Numbered from the stretch's first letter, positions 18,735 through 28,259 are shown. The stretch: 32,000 nt of DNA from Erysipelothrix larvae (GCF_001545095.1 NZ_CP013213.1:1110001-1142000); one strand, 5' to 3'. The notes: generated by a model not told the origin, from the sequence alone. Made by a program: numbers and translations.

Positions 18735-19677
18735 AGGAGTCCTTTCTACCAAAGAGACGTTTAAAACTCAACTCATAGGAGCCTAAGAGTCCTTTAGGTC
18801 GCAAGATCATCATTGCGATTAATAAGATTGAATAAATAATAACGCGTTCTTGAGCAAAGCCTTGGAACACTAAGTTGATGAGCCCAATTACAATTGCTGC
18901 AATTACAGAACCGGTGTAACTTCCCATTCCGCCCAACACAACAATAACTAGAATATCAACGGACTTATTAAAATCAAAGAGCCCTGGTTGAATTGCTCTA
19001 AAATATGAAGCGTAGAGTGCTCCTGAAATGCTGGCAAAGCATGCACCAATTAAGAAGGCACTTACTTTATACCGTGTTAATGGAACGCCCATTGAAGACG
19101 AAGCAATTTCATCTTCTTGGATCCCTTTCCATACGCGTCCAAACCGTGAACGTGTAATTGAGGTTAGGATATAGACTGAGAATACCACGAATATATATAC
19201 GGTTGTAAAATTAACATGACGTGGAATTCCGGTAATTCCAATTGCTCCATTTGTAATGGTTAGATTCGTAATAATAATGCGGATGATCTCAGAAATCCCT
19301 AAAGTGGCAATTGCCAAATAATCCCCTTTGAGTCGAAGTGTTGGAATTGCGACGATCAGTGAAACAATGGCACTGATACAAAGGCCCACTAAGATTCCTA
19401 AAACAAATCCAAGGTACCCATCGACAAATTGAAGCGTGATTGCAACCGAATATGCGCCAATTGACATAAAGCCTGCATGTCCAAGTGAAAACTGTCCAGC
19501 AACGCCAAGAATCAAGTTTAATGAGACTGCAAGAATGATATTAATTCCAATTGTAATCCAAGCGATTTGTTGTGATACCTGAAGAATTCTCATCGAGATT
19601 AAAAGTTGGAACACTGCATATATCGCAAGTGTACACGCAATCCAGATAGCACCAGATTTGAGGTCGCGTTTTGTCAT
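18715..19677 (-). CDS. livM: branched-chain amino acid ABC transporter permease
   Basis: A 320-aa polytopic membrane protein in the livM position. ATGA overlap with livH. Confidence 0.85.
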   Translation of the reverse strand: MTKRDLKSGAIWIACTLAIYAVFQLLISMRILQVSQQIAWITIGINIILAVSLNLILGVAGQFSLGHAGFMSIGAYSVAITLQFVDGYLGFVLGILVGLCISAIVSLIVAIPTLRLKGDYLAIATLGISEIIRIIITNLTITNGAIGITGIPRHVNFTTVYIFVVFSVYILTSITRSRFGRVWKGIQEDEIASSSMGVPLTRYKVSAFLIGACFASISGALYASYFRAIQPGLFDFNKSVDILVIVVLGGMGSYTGSVIAAIVIGLINLVFQGFAQERVIIYSILLIAMMILRPKGLLGSYELSFKRLFGRKDSYGNTKG

Positions 19678-20552
19678 ACTTTTGTTCCTCCTTTTTTCCC
19701 TAAAATACCAGATGGTTTTACAAGTAAGATGATAATGAGTACAAAGTATACTGCTGCTTCACGCCATAATGATAAACCGATGAGTGAAACAAGTGTTTCA
19801 ATGCCACCAATTAAAAACCCACCGATAACCGCTCCTGGAAGAATACCAATCCCACCAAATACGGCAGCGATAAATGCTTTGAGTCCGCGAGATACTCCCA
19901 TAGCTGGTGAAAGGCTGTTATAGTATGCAGCAACAAGTGATCCCGCACCCGCAGCCAGTATACTTCCAAGTACAAATGTGAATGAAACAACAAAATCTAC
20001 ATTAATTCCCATAAGGCTTGCTGCTTCATAATCGATGGATGCAGCACGCATTGCTCGTCCAATCTGAGTGTGATACACGATGTATTGGAGAATTACAAGT
20101 AAGATAATTGTTACAACAAAAATGAGTAATTGATTTCCGTTAATCACAACATTACCAAATGTTAGTGAAGGAAAGACACTGACTTCAGGCAAAGTTAACA
20201 CGTCTGCTCCAAAGATTTTAATGACAATGTTTTGGAGTAATAGTGACATCCCAATCGCGGTAATCAATGCGCTAATCCGTGAAGATTTACGCAGTGGTTT
20301 GTAAGCGACTCGTTCGATCACAAAGCCTAAAAGTCCTGCAAATACCATTGCAAGCAACAGAGATGCTAAAAATGGTAATTTCAAATATACCATACCTACA
20401 AACGTAGTGTAGGCTCCGATCATAAATACTTCACCATGGGCAAAGTTTATGAGTTTCATAATTCCGTATACCATGGTATACCCTAGTGCAATCAGAGCGT
20501 ATACGCTTCCGACTGTCAACCAATTCAATATTTGTTGAAAAAACTGGTCCAT
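19674..20552 (-). CDS. livH: branched-chain amino acid ABC transporter permease
   Basis: A 292-aa polytopic membrane protein with a LivH-like N-terminus (QQILNWLTVGSVYALIALGYTMVYG). TGA stop. Confidence 0.85.
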   Translation of the reverse strand: MDQFFQQILNWLTVGSVYALIALGYTMVYGIMKLINFAHGEVFMIGAYTTFVGMVYLKLPFLASLLLAMVFAGLLGFVIERVAYKPLRKSSRISALITAIGMSLLLQNIVIKIFGADVLTLPEVSVFPSLTFGNVVINGNQLLIFVVTIILLVILQYIVYHTQIGRAMRAASIDYEAASLMGINVDFVVSFTFVLGSILAAGAGSLVAAYYNSLSPAMGVSRGLKAFIAAVFGGIGILPGAVIGGFLIGGIETLVSLIGLSLWREAAVYFVLIIILLVKPSGILGKKGGTKV

Positions 20553-20610
20553 ACAATTCCCCTATTCTATAATTAAACGAAAAGGCGAGTTTTACATCGC
20601 CTTGTAATTC

Positions 20611-21765
20611 TTATGGTGCTACGATGGTTGCTTCTACTTCAACACCATCTTTCAATTCAAGTACAAATGTTGATTTTTCAGCATTGTGTAGTGAATCAAT
20701 TGAGATTGTTCCTGTAACACCTTCAAATCCTTTAGTACTTTCAATTGCTGCATTTACTGCTTCAGGATCTGCTTTGCCTGCTTTAACTAATGCTTCCAAC
20801 ACCAAGTTAGTGGCATCAAATGCAAGGGCTTGGAATCCTGCTGGTTCTTTACCGTACTCAGCTTTGAATAGTTCTACAAAGTTGTCGCGCGTTTTGCTTT
20901 CAACTGTATTTGAATAATGGTTTGAGTAATATACGTTATTTAATGCTTCTGCAGTTGCAAGGTTAATAAGTTCAGCTGAATCATAACCATCAACACCTAG
21001 AATTGGATAATCAACGCCAAGTCCGCGTGCTTGTTTGATTAAGGTTCCGACTTCATTGTAGTAACCTGGGATAAACAATGCTTCGATATCAGTGTTTCCA
21101 CGAATCTTAGTTAAGATTGTTGAGAAGTCTGTTTCTCCAGTTGAGTAATACTCTTCTACAACTACTTGACCACCAAGTGATTCAAGTTGAGCTTTAAATA
21201 CAGATACAAGTCCTTTTGCATAATCACTTGAATTATCAGCGATAATTCCGATTTTCTTAAACCCTTTTTCATTAACAGCAAAGTTTGCCATCGTCAACCC
21301 TTGGAATGAGTCTGCATAACAAACGCGATATCCATAAGGAATTCCTTTTGTTCCATCGTTTGTTACCTTATCTGCTGTAGCAGAAGGTGTAACAGTTGGA
21401 ACTTTTTGTTCTTCGGATGCAAGGATTGCTTGTGCAGATGTACTTGAGATTGTAGCACCTACGATTGCAAACACACCATCTTCTGCCAATTTAGTTTGAG
21501 CCTGATACGCTTCACTTTGGTCTGATTTGCTATCAAGAGAAATGAACTTAACCTCTTTACCATTAAATCCGCCATTTTCATTGAAAATCTTCAGAGCTAG
21601 TTTAGCTCCATCCAACTCAGCTTCACCATATTGAGCTCCAGCACCTGTCAAGTCGAAATTAAATCCAATAGTAACATCACCATCGCTTCCATTACTGGAA
21701 CCACATGCTGTAAGCATCAACGTCACACACATAACTTGAAATAGTTTGAATACCTTTTTCTTCAT
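20611..21765 (-). CDS. livJ: ABC transporter substrate-binding lipoprotein (LivJ/LivK-like, type 1 periplasmic binding fold)
   Basis: Signal peptide with lipobox LTAC-GSS. 384 aa. First gene of the liv-type operon. AAGGAGA SD. Confidence 0.85.
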   Translation of the reverse strand: MKKKVFKLFQVMCVTLMLTACGSSNGSDGDVTIGFNFDLTGAGAQYGEAELDGAKLALKIFNENGGFNGKEVKFISLDSKSDQSEAYQAQTKLAEDGVFAIVGATISSTSAQAILASEEQKVPTVTPSATADKVTNDGTKGIPYGYRVCYADSFQGLTMANFAVNEKGFKKIGIIADNSSDYAKGLVSVFKAQLESLGGQVVVEEYYSTGETDFSTILTKIRGNTDIEALFIPGYYNEVGTLIKQARGLGVDYPILGVDGYDSAELINLATAEALNNVYYSNHYSNTVESKTRDNFVELFKAEYGKEPAGFQALAFDATNLVLEALVKAGKADPEAVNAAIESTKGFEGVTGTISIDSLHNAEKSTFVLELKDGVEVEATIVAP

Positions 21766-21788
21766 AGCTTCTCTCCTTTGTTTTAATG

Positions 21789-21816
21789 ATTATAACAAAC
21801 CACAAAAATATTTCAA
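21789..21816 (-). promoter_or_regulatory. sigma-A-type promoter of the liv operon
   Basis: The minus strand reads TTGAAA (-35, 21811-21816), a 16-nt spacer, then TGTTATAAT (extended -10, 21789-21797). This sits about 24 nt upstream of the livJ ATG. Confidence 0.6.
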
Positions 21817-21819
21817 GGC

Positions 21820-21834
21820 TATTTTCACAGAATT
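21820..21834. promoter_or_regulatory. CodY-box-like motif abutting the liv -35
   Basis: TATTTTCACAGAATT matches the CodY consensus AATTTTCWGAAAATT at 12 of 15 positions, counted by hand. Confidence 0.3.
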
Positions 21835-21956
21835 TTCACTTTTTTACATTATGAAACACTTGTTTTCATAAAAATGAAGCATAAGATGACATAAAGCGCT
21901 TACTTTGATACAATTGTTTCTTGAATAAGAAAAAAAACTTTGACTTTATAAGACAT

Positions 21957-21990
21957 GAAAAAGCCAAGTATCTTAAACTTGGCTCTTTTT
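21957..21990 (-). terminator. rho-independent terminator after oleate hydratase
   Basis: On the minus strand, AGCCAAGT-ttaagat-ACTTGGCT (a perfect 8 bp) is followed by TTTTT. Confidence 0.75.
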
Positions 21991-21998
21991 GCTTATTT

Positions 21999-23768
21999 TT
22001 AAATTAACTTATACTCTTTAAGTAAATCTAAAACAATCGTGTTTTCAATTTTCTTCTCTACTTTATTTACCATCAATTTTTGCGGTAAACTCATGTGCAT
22101 ATCAGTAAGTTTCTTTCCATCAAGCATTTTTGAAGTTGCATCCAGTAAGACTCTGACATCAAATGCAGATCCAAATACTTCAGGTACCCCACGATCTATA
22201 TCAAGGAGTGTATAGACTGCTTCCATTGCAGTTCTTACTGAATACTCAGTTGTAAAAACGGTGTCGCGCGGTGTTTCCGCAAAATTTCCTATAAATGCTG
22301 CATTGACCACGTTCTTTGGAACAACAAGAGGTCTATCTCCTAATGCACGAGGCATAAAGTATGCAGTGACGTATGGCATCATGACAGGAACACAGTTTGC
22401 ACTATGAGCAGCTAGTTCATTAATTTGTGATACAGGAACCCCAAGATGATAAAGCCATTCTTGTGTTATTTCTTCTCCAGTACAATCCTTCATTGCTTTT
22501 TTAACATAATCCCCTTCTACTTCACTAAAGAGTCCATATACCCAAACAACTGCTTGTCCATTTGGTTGTGCTTTGAAATGAGGTTGACGGTTAATGGTCC
22601 AACTTAAGAACCAACTTGAATCTTTAACACTAACAATCCCACCAGTAACCACCTTACCTGCAAGTGGATCACGTTTACAAACAGCTTCAATGTAAGGAAG
22701 AATTTTGTCATCAAGTGTTGTAATTGTCGCAGATTCCCAATTGCTCTTCTTCACATCATCACAGAATTTGCCTGGGTTTCCAAATGCTTTATCTTGAGCA
22801 GCAATGTTCTTCCATAGTTTCCAACTGTTTCCTTGTGTCGCACTAAGAGTTGCTGCACTATGATGATCACCAATTGAGGATGAGTCTGTATTACTACCAT
22901 TTGTAATAAACACAAGATCGTTTTCAGTCAGGTTTATCTCAAAATCACTGCCATTTGATTCGCAAATAATCGATTTCGCAACTTTTTTGGTTGGAGTAAT
23001 GTCAAAGATAACATTCACAACTTTTGTATTAAATCTAAAGGTAACGCCTTGGTCCACTAAATATTTTTTAAGAGGTAAGACAAGGGACTCATATTGATTG
23101 TATTTTGTGAATTTAAGTGCTGAGAAATCTGGAAGACCTCCAATGTGGTGAATAAACCGTGCGATATATCGTCTCATTTCCATTGCACTGTGCCATGTTT
23201 CAAATGCAAACATAGTTTGCCAATACAACCAGAAGTTTGAGTCAAAGAAATCTTGAGAGAAGACATCTTCAATTGTTAAGTTATCAAGTTCACTTTCAGG
23301 CGTGAAAAATAATTTGATCATCTCTTCAGATGCTTGTGGTGTGAGTGTAAACTTTCCATCAGTTTTCGCATCATTCCCTTGATTAATGGTGGCTCTTTGA
23401 AGTGAATAGTTTGGATCAACTTTATTTAACCAATAAAATTCATCTAAAACAGAAGCACCTTCAATTTCTAGTGAAGGAATCGAACGGTAGAGATCCCATA
23501 AACATTCAAAATGGTTTTCCATTTCACGTCCACCGCGAATAATGAATCCTCGTCCATCATCTTTAATTCCATCAAGACCACCGCCTGCAAGTGACATTTC
23601 TTCAAGGATGGTGATATTTGATCCGTCCATTTGACCATCCCTTACAAGGAATGATGCTGCAGAAAGTGATGCAAGACCTGAACCAATGAGGTAAGCTTTC
23701 TTATTTTCGACACCTTCTGGTTTTTTTGCATGTGCAAATGCTTCATAATTACCGTTGCTATAGTACAT
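21999..23768 (-). CDS. ohyA: oleate hydratase (MCRA / myosin-cross-reactive antigen family, FAD-dependent)
   Basis: 589 aa. The N-terminus MYYSNGNYEAFAHAKKPEGVENKKAYLIGSGLASLSAASFLVRDG carries a GxGxxS/A FAD fold typical of MCRA proteins. GGAGG SD. Confidence 0.9.
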   Translation of the reverse strand: MYYSNGNYEAFAHAKKPEGVENKKAYLIGSGLASLSAASFLVRDGQMDGSNITILEEMSLAGGGLDGIKDDGRGFIIRGGREMENHFECLWDLYRSIPSLEIEGASVLDEFYWLNKVDPNYSLQRATINQGNDAKTDGKFTLTPQASEEMIKLFFTPESELDNLTIEDVFSQDFFDSNFWLYWQTMFAFETWHSAMEMRRYIARFIHHIGGLPDFSALKFTKYNQYESLVLPLKKYLVDQGVTFRFNTKVVNVIFDITPTKKVAKSIICESNGSDFEINLTENDLVFITNGSNTDSSSIGDHHSAATLSATQGNSWKLWKNIAAQDKAFGNPGKFCDDVKKSNWESATITTLDDKILPYIEAVCKRDPLAGKVVTGGIVSVKDSSWFLSWTINRQPHFKAQPNGQAVVWVYGLFSEVEGDYVKKAMKDCTGEEITQEWLYHLGVPVSQINELAAHSANCVPVMMPYVTAYFMPRALGDRPLVVPKNVVNAAFIGNFAETPRDTVFTTEYSVRTAMEAVYTLLDIDRGVPEVFGSAFDVRVLLDATSKMLDGKKLTDMHMSLPQKLMVNKVEKKIENTIVLDLLKEYKLI

Positions 23769-23784
23769 TGTTTGTACCTCCTTT

Positions 23785-23795
23785 TGACAGTGTCA
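23785..23795. promoter_or_regulatory. perfect palindrome TGACA-G-TGTCA, candidate TetR operator overlapping the ohyA -10/TSS
   Basis: It lies directly next to a minus-strand TATAAT (23795-23800) and about 17 nt upstream of the ohyA ATG/SD. Confidence 0.45.
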
Positions 23796-23853
23796 TTATA
23801 GCGCTGGATAAACCCTAAAAGAATTGACAGAAAAGTTGAAGTGACAAAAAATT

Positions 23854-23867
23854 TGACAGGTATGTCA
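23854..23867. promoter_or_regulatory. second palindrome TGACA-GGTA-TGTCA, candidate operator
   Basis: It has the same half-sites as 23785-23795 with a 4-nt spacer. Additional TTGACAG and GTGACA half-sites occur at 23824 and 23841. Confidence 0.4.
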
Positions 23868-23884
23868 TTGTGTAAAAAAACATA

Positions 23885-23913
23885 TTGAAAGAATGGTCTA
23901 AAACTTATAAAAT
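23885..23913 (+). promoter_or_regulatory. candidate promoter of the tetR gene
   Basis: TTGAAA, a 17-nt spacer, then TAAAAT, located 24 nt upstream of the ATG at 23937 (SD AAAGGAGA). Confidence 0.4.
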
Positions 23914-23936
23914 ATGTCTATCAAAGGAGACTGTCT

Positions 23937-24509
23937 ATGTCACATCCTACAAAAAAACTCTTAGGGACTGAGTTAAAAACCTTGATGAAATCAAAAAGCA
24001 TCGAACAAATTACAGTGACGGAACTTGTTGATGCGTGTCAAATAACACGTCAAACGTTTTATTATCACTTTCAAGATATCTATGCCCTTTTAGAATGGGT
24101 CTATGAAGATGACTTTATTCATCATATTAAAAATGAAGTGGACTATACGAATTGGAAAGATAGTTTTTTAGTCATTCTCAATTATGTATCGAATAATTAT
24201 GATTTTTGTCTAAATACCCTAAACTCATTGCAACGAAATCAGTTTACGCGAATGTTTTATCATACGATTTCTGAATTATTAAGTAAGGTGTTCTATGATA
24301 TCTCTGGTTCAAAAGACATTCCACAACAAGACGCAGATTTTATCGTGAATTTCTTTAGCCATGCTTTTTCGGGAATTGTTGTGGATTGGATCTTAAGTGG
24401 TTGTAAAGAACCCAGCTCTGAAATTATTGGTCGGTTATCATGGATTATGGATCAACAGTACGTAAATGCAATTGAACATGCAAAACACTTCCAATCAAAA
24501 CAACACTAA
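23937..24509 (+). CDS. TetR/AcrR-family transcriptional regulator (DhaS-like subgroup)
   Basis: N-terminal HTH ITVTELVDACQITRQTFYYHFQDIYALLEWVYE. 190 aa. Divergent from ohyA. Confidence 0.85.
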   Translation: MSHPTKKLLGTELKTLMKSKSIEQITVTELVDACQITRQTFYYHFQDIYALLEWVYEDDFIHHIKNEVDYTNWKDSFLVILNYVSNNYDFCLNTLNSLQRNQFTRMFYHTISELLSKVFYDISGSKDIPQQDADFIVNFFSHAFSGIVVDWILSGCKEPSSEIIGRLSWIMDQQYVNAIEHAKHFQSKQH

Positions 24510-24516
24510 AGCGTGT

Positions 24517-24553
24517 AAAAAAGGTGCGATCATTTGGAACGATCGCACCTTTT
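24517..24553. terminator. bidirectional terminator between convergent tetR and thrS
   Basis: AAAAAAGGTGCGATC-atttggaac-GATCGCACCTTTT, with a perfect 9-bp GC-rich core and A/T runs on both sides. Confidence 0.8.
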
Positions 24554-24562
24554 GAATATACA

Positions 24563-26323
24563 TTAGTCTTCTGAAGTTACTTCAGGTGTTAAGAGTTTAC
24601 GGCTTACTTCGTCGCTAATTAATTCTACGAATGCTTGAATTGACATAGAATGTTGAGATGTTTGACCGTAGCGACGCACATTTACAAAGCGATTTTCGAC
24701 TTCTTTATCCCCAATTACAAGTTGAATTGGAGTTTTCGCTTTTTGTGCTTCACGCATCTTATAACCCAGTTTTTCATTTCTTGCATCAACATGAACACGA
24801 AGGCCTTTCTTCTCAAGGATTTGGGCAACTTCATTACAGTAATCAAGATGATACTGAGCATTGACTGGAATGAGTTCAACTTGTAATGGTGCGAGCCATG
24901 TTGGGAATGCACCACCAAAGTGTTCAATGATAATTCCAATGAAACGTTCAAGTGATCCAAAGATTGCACGGTGTAACATAATTGGACGTTGTTTGTTACC
25001 TTCTGAGTCGATATAAGTAATATCGAAACGTTCTGGTAAGTTCATATCAAGTTGAACTGTACCACATTGCCAGATTCTGTTTAGTGAGTCTCTAACTTTG
25101 AAATCAAGTTTTGGACCATAGAATGCACCATCGCCAGGGTTGATTTTAAATTCTACACCGGCTGCAATACATGCATCTTCAAGAATTTTTTCTGAACGAT
25201 TCCACACTTCGATATCTCCAATATACTTAGATTCAGGACGTGTCGAAAGTTCAATTGTATAAGAGAGTCCAAAGAGTGAATACACTTCATCAATGAAATC
25301 AAGCATTTCAATGATTTCACCTTGTAGTTGTTCGGGTGTCATAAAGAGATGGGCATCATCTTGTGTGAAAGCTCTAACTCTAAACAAACCATTAAGTGCC
25401 CCACTGGCTTCATGACGGTGAACATGTCCCATTTCAGCAAGACGAATCGGTAAATCGCGGTATGAATGAAGTCCGTTCTTATATACTAGGATCCCGCCTG
25501 GGCAGTTCATTGGTTTAATCGCAAAATCTTTTTCATCAATGGATGACGTATACATATTGTCATTATAATTTGCCCAATGTCCTGATATTTCCCAAAGTTC
25601 ACGATTCAACATAATCGGTGTTTCAATGAATTCATAGCCACGATCCATATGCGCTTTATGGTAGTATTCATGGAGTGCATTTTTTAATCGCATACCATTT
25701 GGTAACCAAAATGGGAAACCAGGACCATATTCACTTGTCATAAACAATCCGAGTTCACGTCCTAATTTTTTGTGGTCGCGTTGTTTCGCAGCTTCAAGCC
25801 ATGCTTCATATTCTTCAAGTGCTTCTTTAGTTTCGAATGCAATACCATAAATACGTTGAAGCATTTTGTTATTTGCATCCCCTTTCCAATAAGCACCAGA
25901 CACTTTGGTTAGGCGAACATTTTTAACTTTCCCTGTAGATTCAACATGAGGTCCACGACACAAATCCACAAATTCACCTTGACGATAAGCAGAAATTGTA
26001 GACCCTTCTTCAAGGTTGTTTGTAATGATATCAATCTTATAAGGATCGTCTTTAAACATTTCTAAAGCTTCTTCTTTTGTGAGTTCTTCACGTGAAATTC
26101 GCTTGTTTTCCTTTGCGATTTTCTTCATTTCCTTTTCAATTTTTGGGAAATCGTCTTCGCTTAAGACAATATCTCCTAAATCAATGTCATAATAGAATCC
26201 GTCTTCAATAACTGGACCTACCCAAAATTTCGCATTTGGATATAGTCTTTTTACAGCTTGCGCAAGTACATGGGCTGCAGAGTGATTTAATACATTTAAC
26301 TCTGGATTTTCCTTGATATTCAT
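24563..26323 (-). CDS. thrS: threonine--tRNA ligase, short form lacking the N-terminal TGS domain
   Basis: Editing/SAD motif HSAAHVLAQA already at residue 13, class II motifs FRVRAFTQDDAHLF and GSLERFIGIIIEHFGGAFPTWLAP, and an anticodon-binding C-terminus. The ATG at 26323 has an AAAGGAG SD. The 21-codon extension in the ORF track runs into the T-box terminator. Confidence 0.9.
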   Translation of the reverse strand: MNIKENPELNVLNHSAAHVLAQAVKRLYPNAKFWVGPVIEDGFYYDIDLGDIVLSEDDFPKIEKEMKKIAKENKRISREELTKEEALEMFKDDPYKIDIITNNLEEGSTISAYRQGEFVDLCRGPHVESTGKVKNVRLTKVSGAYWKGDANNKMLQRIYGIAFETKEALEEYEAWLEAAKQRDHKKLGRELGLFMTSEYGPGFPFWLPNGMRLKNALHEYYHKAHMDRGYEFIETPIMLNRELWEISGHWANYNDNMYTSSIDEKDFAIKPMNCPGGILVYKNGLHSYRDLPIRLAEMGHVHRHEASGALNGLFRVRAFTQDDAHLFMTPEQLQGEIIEMLDFIDEVYSLFGLSYTIELSTRPESKYIGDIEVWNRSEKILEDACIAAGVEFKINPGDGAFYGPKLDFKVRDSLNRIWQCGTVQLDMNLPERFDITYIDSEGNKQRPIMLHRAIFGSLERFIGIIIEHFGGAFPTWLAPLQVELIPVNAQYHLDYCNEVAQILEKKGLRVHVDARNEKLGYKMREAQKAKTPIQLVIGDKEVENRFVNVRRYGQTSQHSMSIQAFVELISDEVSRKLLTPEVTSED

Positions 26324-26340
26324 AGTTGTTTCTCCTTTAC

Positions 26341-26556
26341 AAATAAAAAACCGCCAATTTCCAAGGACGAAAACTCGCGGTACCACCTTAATTCACAATA
26401 ACTGTGCACTTAATTTTCTGTTAACGCCAGATATACGGAACTTCATTTAAAAGTTCAACTCCAAGGTGGTAAGTTTAATTAGATTCGAGAAGCTTTCACC
26501 AACCGCTTCACTCTCTACATCACTAAGATAAACTCATGTCCTCTTCACCGTTTATA
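26341..26556 (-). promoter_or_regulatory. T-box riboswitch leader, threonine specifier (ACC)
   Basis: The minus strand contains the AGAGAG box, GGTGAAAGC distal element, ACCACC in the specifier region, and the conserved T-box sequence AATTAAGGTGGTACCGCGAG (26374-26393). That sequence overlaps the 5' arm of a terminator (CCGCGAGTTTTC/GGAAATTGGCGG, 26351-26380), which is followed by TTTTTTATTT. Confidence 0.85.
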
Positions 26557-26561
26557 AGTTA

Positions 26562-26589
26562 ATTATACGCAAACAATAGAAATATGCAA
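26562..26589 (-). promoter_or_regulatory. promoter of the thrS T-box leader
   Basis: The minus strand reads TTGCAT (26584-26589), a 16-nt spacer, then TATAAT (26562-26567). Confidence 0.55.
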
Positions 26590-26609
26590 GCACTTCTATA
26601 AAAATTCGC

Positions 26610-28040
26610 TTACTCACCTTCTAATAATTCGAGTTGGGTTTTGTAATCACTTCTGAAGGTTTTCAAAACAAGTTCCAACATAAGTAAAGAATTATTAAAT
26701 ACAACAAGAAGGACATTGTCTAGCCCATCAAGTTTGGATTCACTAAATATCAAATCATAGGTTCCGTTTTGGGCTTCTCTTCTCAATTCTGTTAAAGGAA
26801 TCATTGTAATGTCAGGATTGATTTTTACCATTCTAAGCATAATTTCTAGCTCGTTTTTACTATGTTCAAGATGCATCATCCCGCGTTTGCTTGCAAATAA
26901 GATCTTCTTTTTTGGTGCAAATAAGTAGTCACCAATATTTGTGATCATAAGATAAAACACAAGAACACGAATCTTGGAAAAATCGTTTTGAATTGTTTGC
27001 GATGCAAGCTCAAGAAATTTATTATAGTTATCTAACAAATCCGCATTGATAATTGCGTATTCACAGTAAAAGTCTTTCATAATAATTGAAAAATGATTTA
27101 CATTGAATGGGAAGTTTTTTGATACATAAAGTGTCATGGACAAAATCTGAGTACATCGAGTGACAATTTGCTCCATCTGATTTTCATTGAGTTCTAACTC
27201 AGTCATTTGACTATAGTTTAAGAGAATGTCGTTTACATCATCTGGTTCTACATCTAAGTATCCTGAATCCTTAAATCGGGCAAACAAAATAAGTGCTTCG
27301 GTAATGGACTGGCGTGTAGCGTGAGGATATAATGAGCGAATCGTATTATATTCTTGTTCTGGAATTTTAATGGATTTACGATATGAATGAAAATCAGGGA
27401 TTGGTAAGGCACTGTTGTTATCGGATTGACGGATGATATTAATAAGTAAAAATGAGGTGTGATAATTATCGTCCCAGAATTCGATTTGTTCAAGTAAAGG
27501 ATAATCAATATGGTTCATCTTTAGAAGTTCTAAAAAAACGCGGTACCTTTGATTTTGAATTGGGTCTTGCTCCGTGTAGGTTGTTGAGAAATAGAAAAAA
27601 GCATACAAACGAAACATACGTTCATCTTCCGCAATAATATGATAACCAGTATTGACAGAAATCCGTGCTTTATATTTTTCAAGTTCATTATTGAGTGCAA
27701 GAACTACTTTATAGAAATAAGTTCTGCTAATTGAAAGTGCATTACTATAGTATTGTGCTTTTTTTCCTGGTTCACGCAATAAAATTCGGAATACTTTCAC
27801 AATAATTGACTCTTGCATGAATGTATAATAGAGTTCCAATCTGCGATCTTTATCAATTGCGATATCAATTTCCCCTTTTGTACCCAATAAATCATATTTT
27901 TGTAAATCACCTTTTAAAGTGTTTTCAGAAATACCAAGTATGGAAGCAAGCTCAACAAGTGATATTGGTTTTTCACGGAAATAGAGCGTATTCAGTAAAT
28001 TGAGTTTTCGTTTAATGTGAGATTCTATAAGTATATTCAT
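26610..28040 (-). CDS. Mga-like helix-turn-helix transcriptional regulator (PRD-containing virulence regulator type)
   Basis: The N-terminus IKRKLNLLNTLYFREKPISLVELASILGISENTLKGDLQKY is typical of Mga-type HTH domains. The roughly 476-aa length is similar to Mga/AtxA-type regulators. I prefer the ATG at 28040; the track start at 28079 is a TTG without an SD. Confidence 0.55.
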   Translation of the reverse strand: MNILIESHIKRKLNLLNTLYFREKPISLVELASILGISENTLKGDLQKYDLLGTKGEIDIAIDKDRRLELYYTFMQESIIVKVFRILLREPGKKAQYYSNALSISRTYFYKVVLALNNELEKYKARISVNTGYHIIAEDERMFRLYAFFYFSTTYTEQDPIQNQRYRVFLELLKMNHIDYPLLEQIEFWDDNYHTSFLLINIIRQSDNNSALPIPDFHSYRKSIKIPEQEYNTIRSLYPHATRQSITEALILFARFKDSGYLDVEPDDVNDILLNYSQMTELELNENQMEQIVTRCTQILSMTLYVSKNFPFNVNHFSIIMKDFYCEYAIINADLLDNYNKFLELASQTIQNDFSKIRVLVFYLMITNIGDYLFAPKKKILFASKRGMMHLEHSKNELEIMLRMVKINPDITMIPLTELRREAQNGTYDLIFSESKLDGLDNVLLVVFNNSLLMLELVLKTFRSDYKTQLELLEGE

Positions 28041-28259
28041 AATGACACCAATCGCCTTTTTAAATAGTCTTACTATCAATGAACAAGAGGTTAACGGATT
28101 TAGTTATTTCTCCCATAGAATAGCATTACCGCAAGAAAACTTCATTAATTATGAATAAATTGTGATTCTGTTTAAAAAAGTGTTCATATTATGATCCGTG
28201 CAATTAAAAAAGGTTTATTTCTTACAACACGATCCTTTCATTTATAAGGCGCTTAATTT

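Noticed and set aside
26324-26386. A 21-codon N-terminal extension of thrS in the ORF track (MVPRVFVLGNWRFFICKGETT).
   Set aside because: It runs through the T-box terminator hairpin and T-run. A good AAAGGAG SD precedes the internal ATG at 26323.
28080-28259. Tiny ORFs (8-11 codons) in the gap between the adhesin terminator and the Mga-like gene, considered as possible signalling-peptide genes.
   Set aside because: They have no SD and no recognisable leader or pheromone features. Such ORFs are expected by chance in AT-rich DNA.
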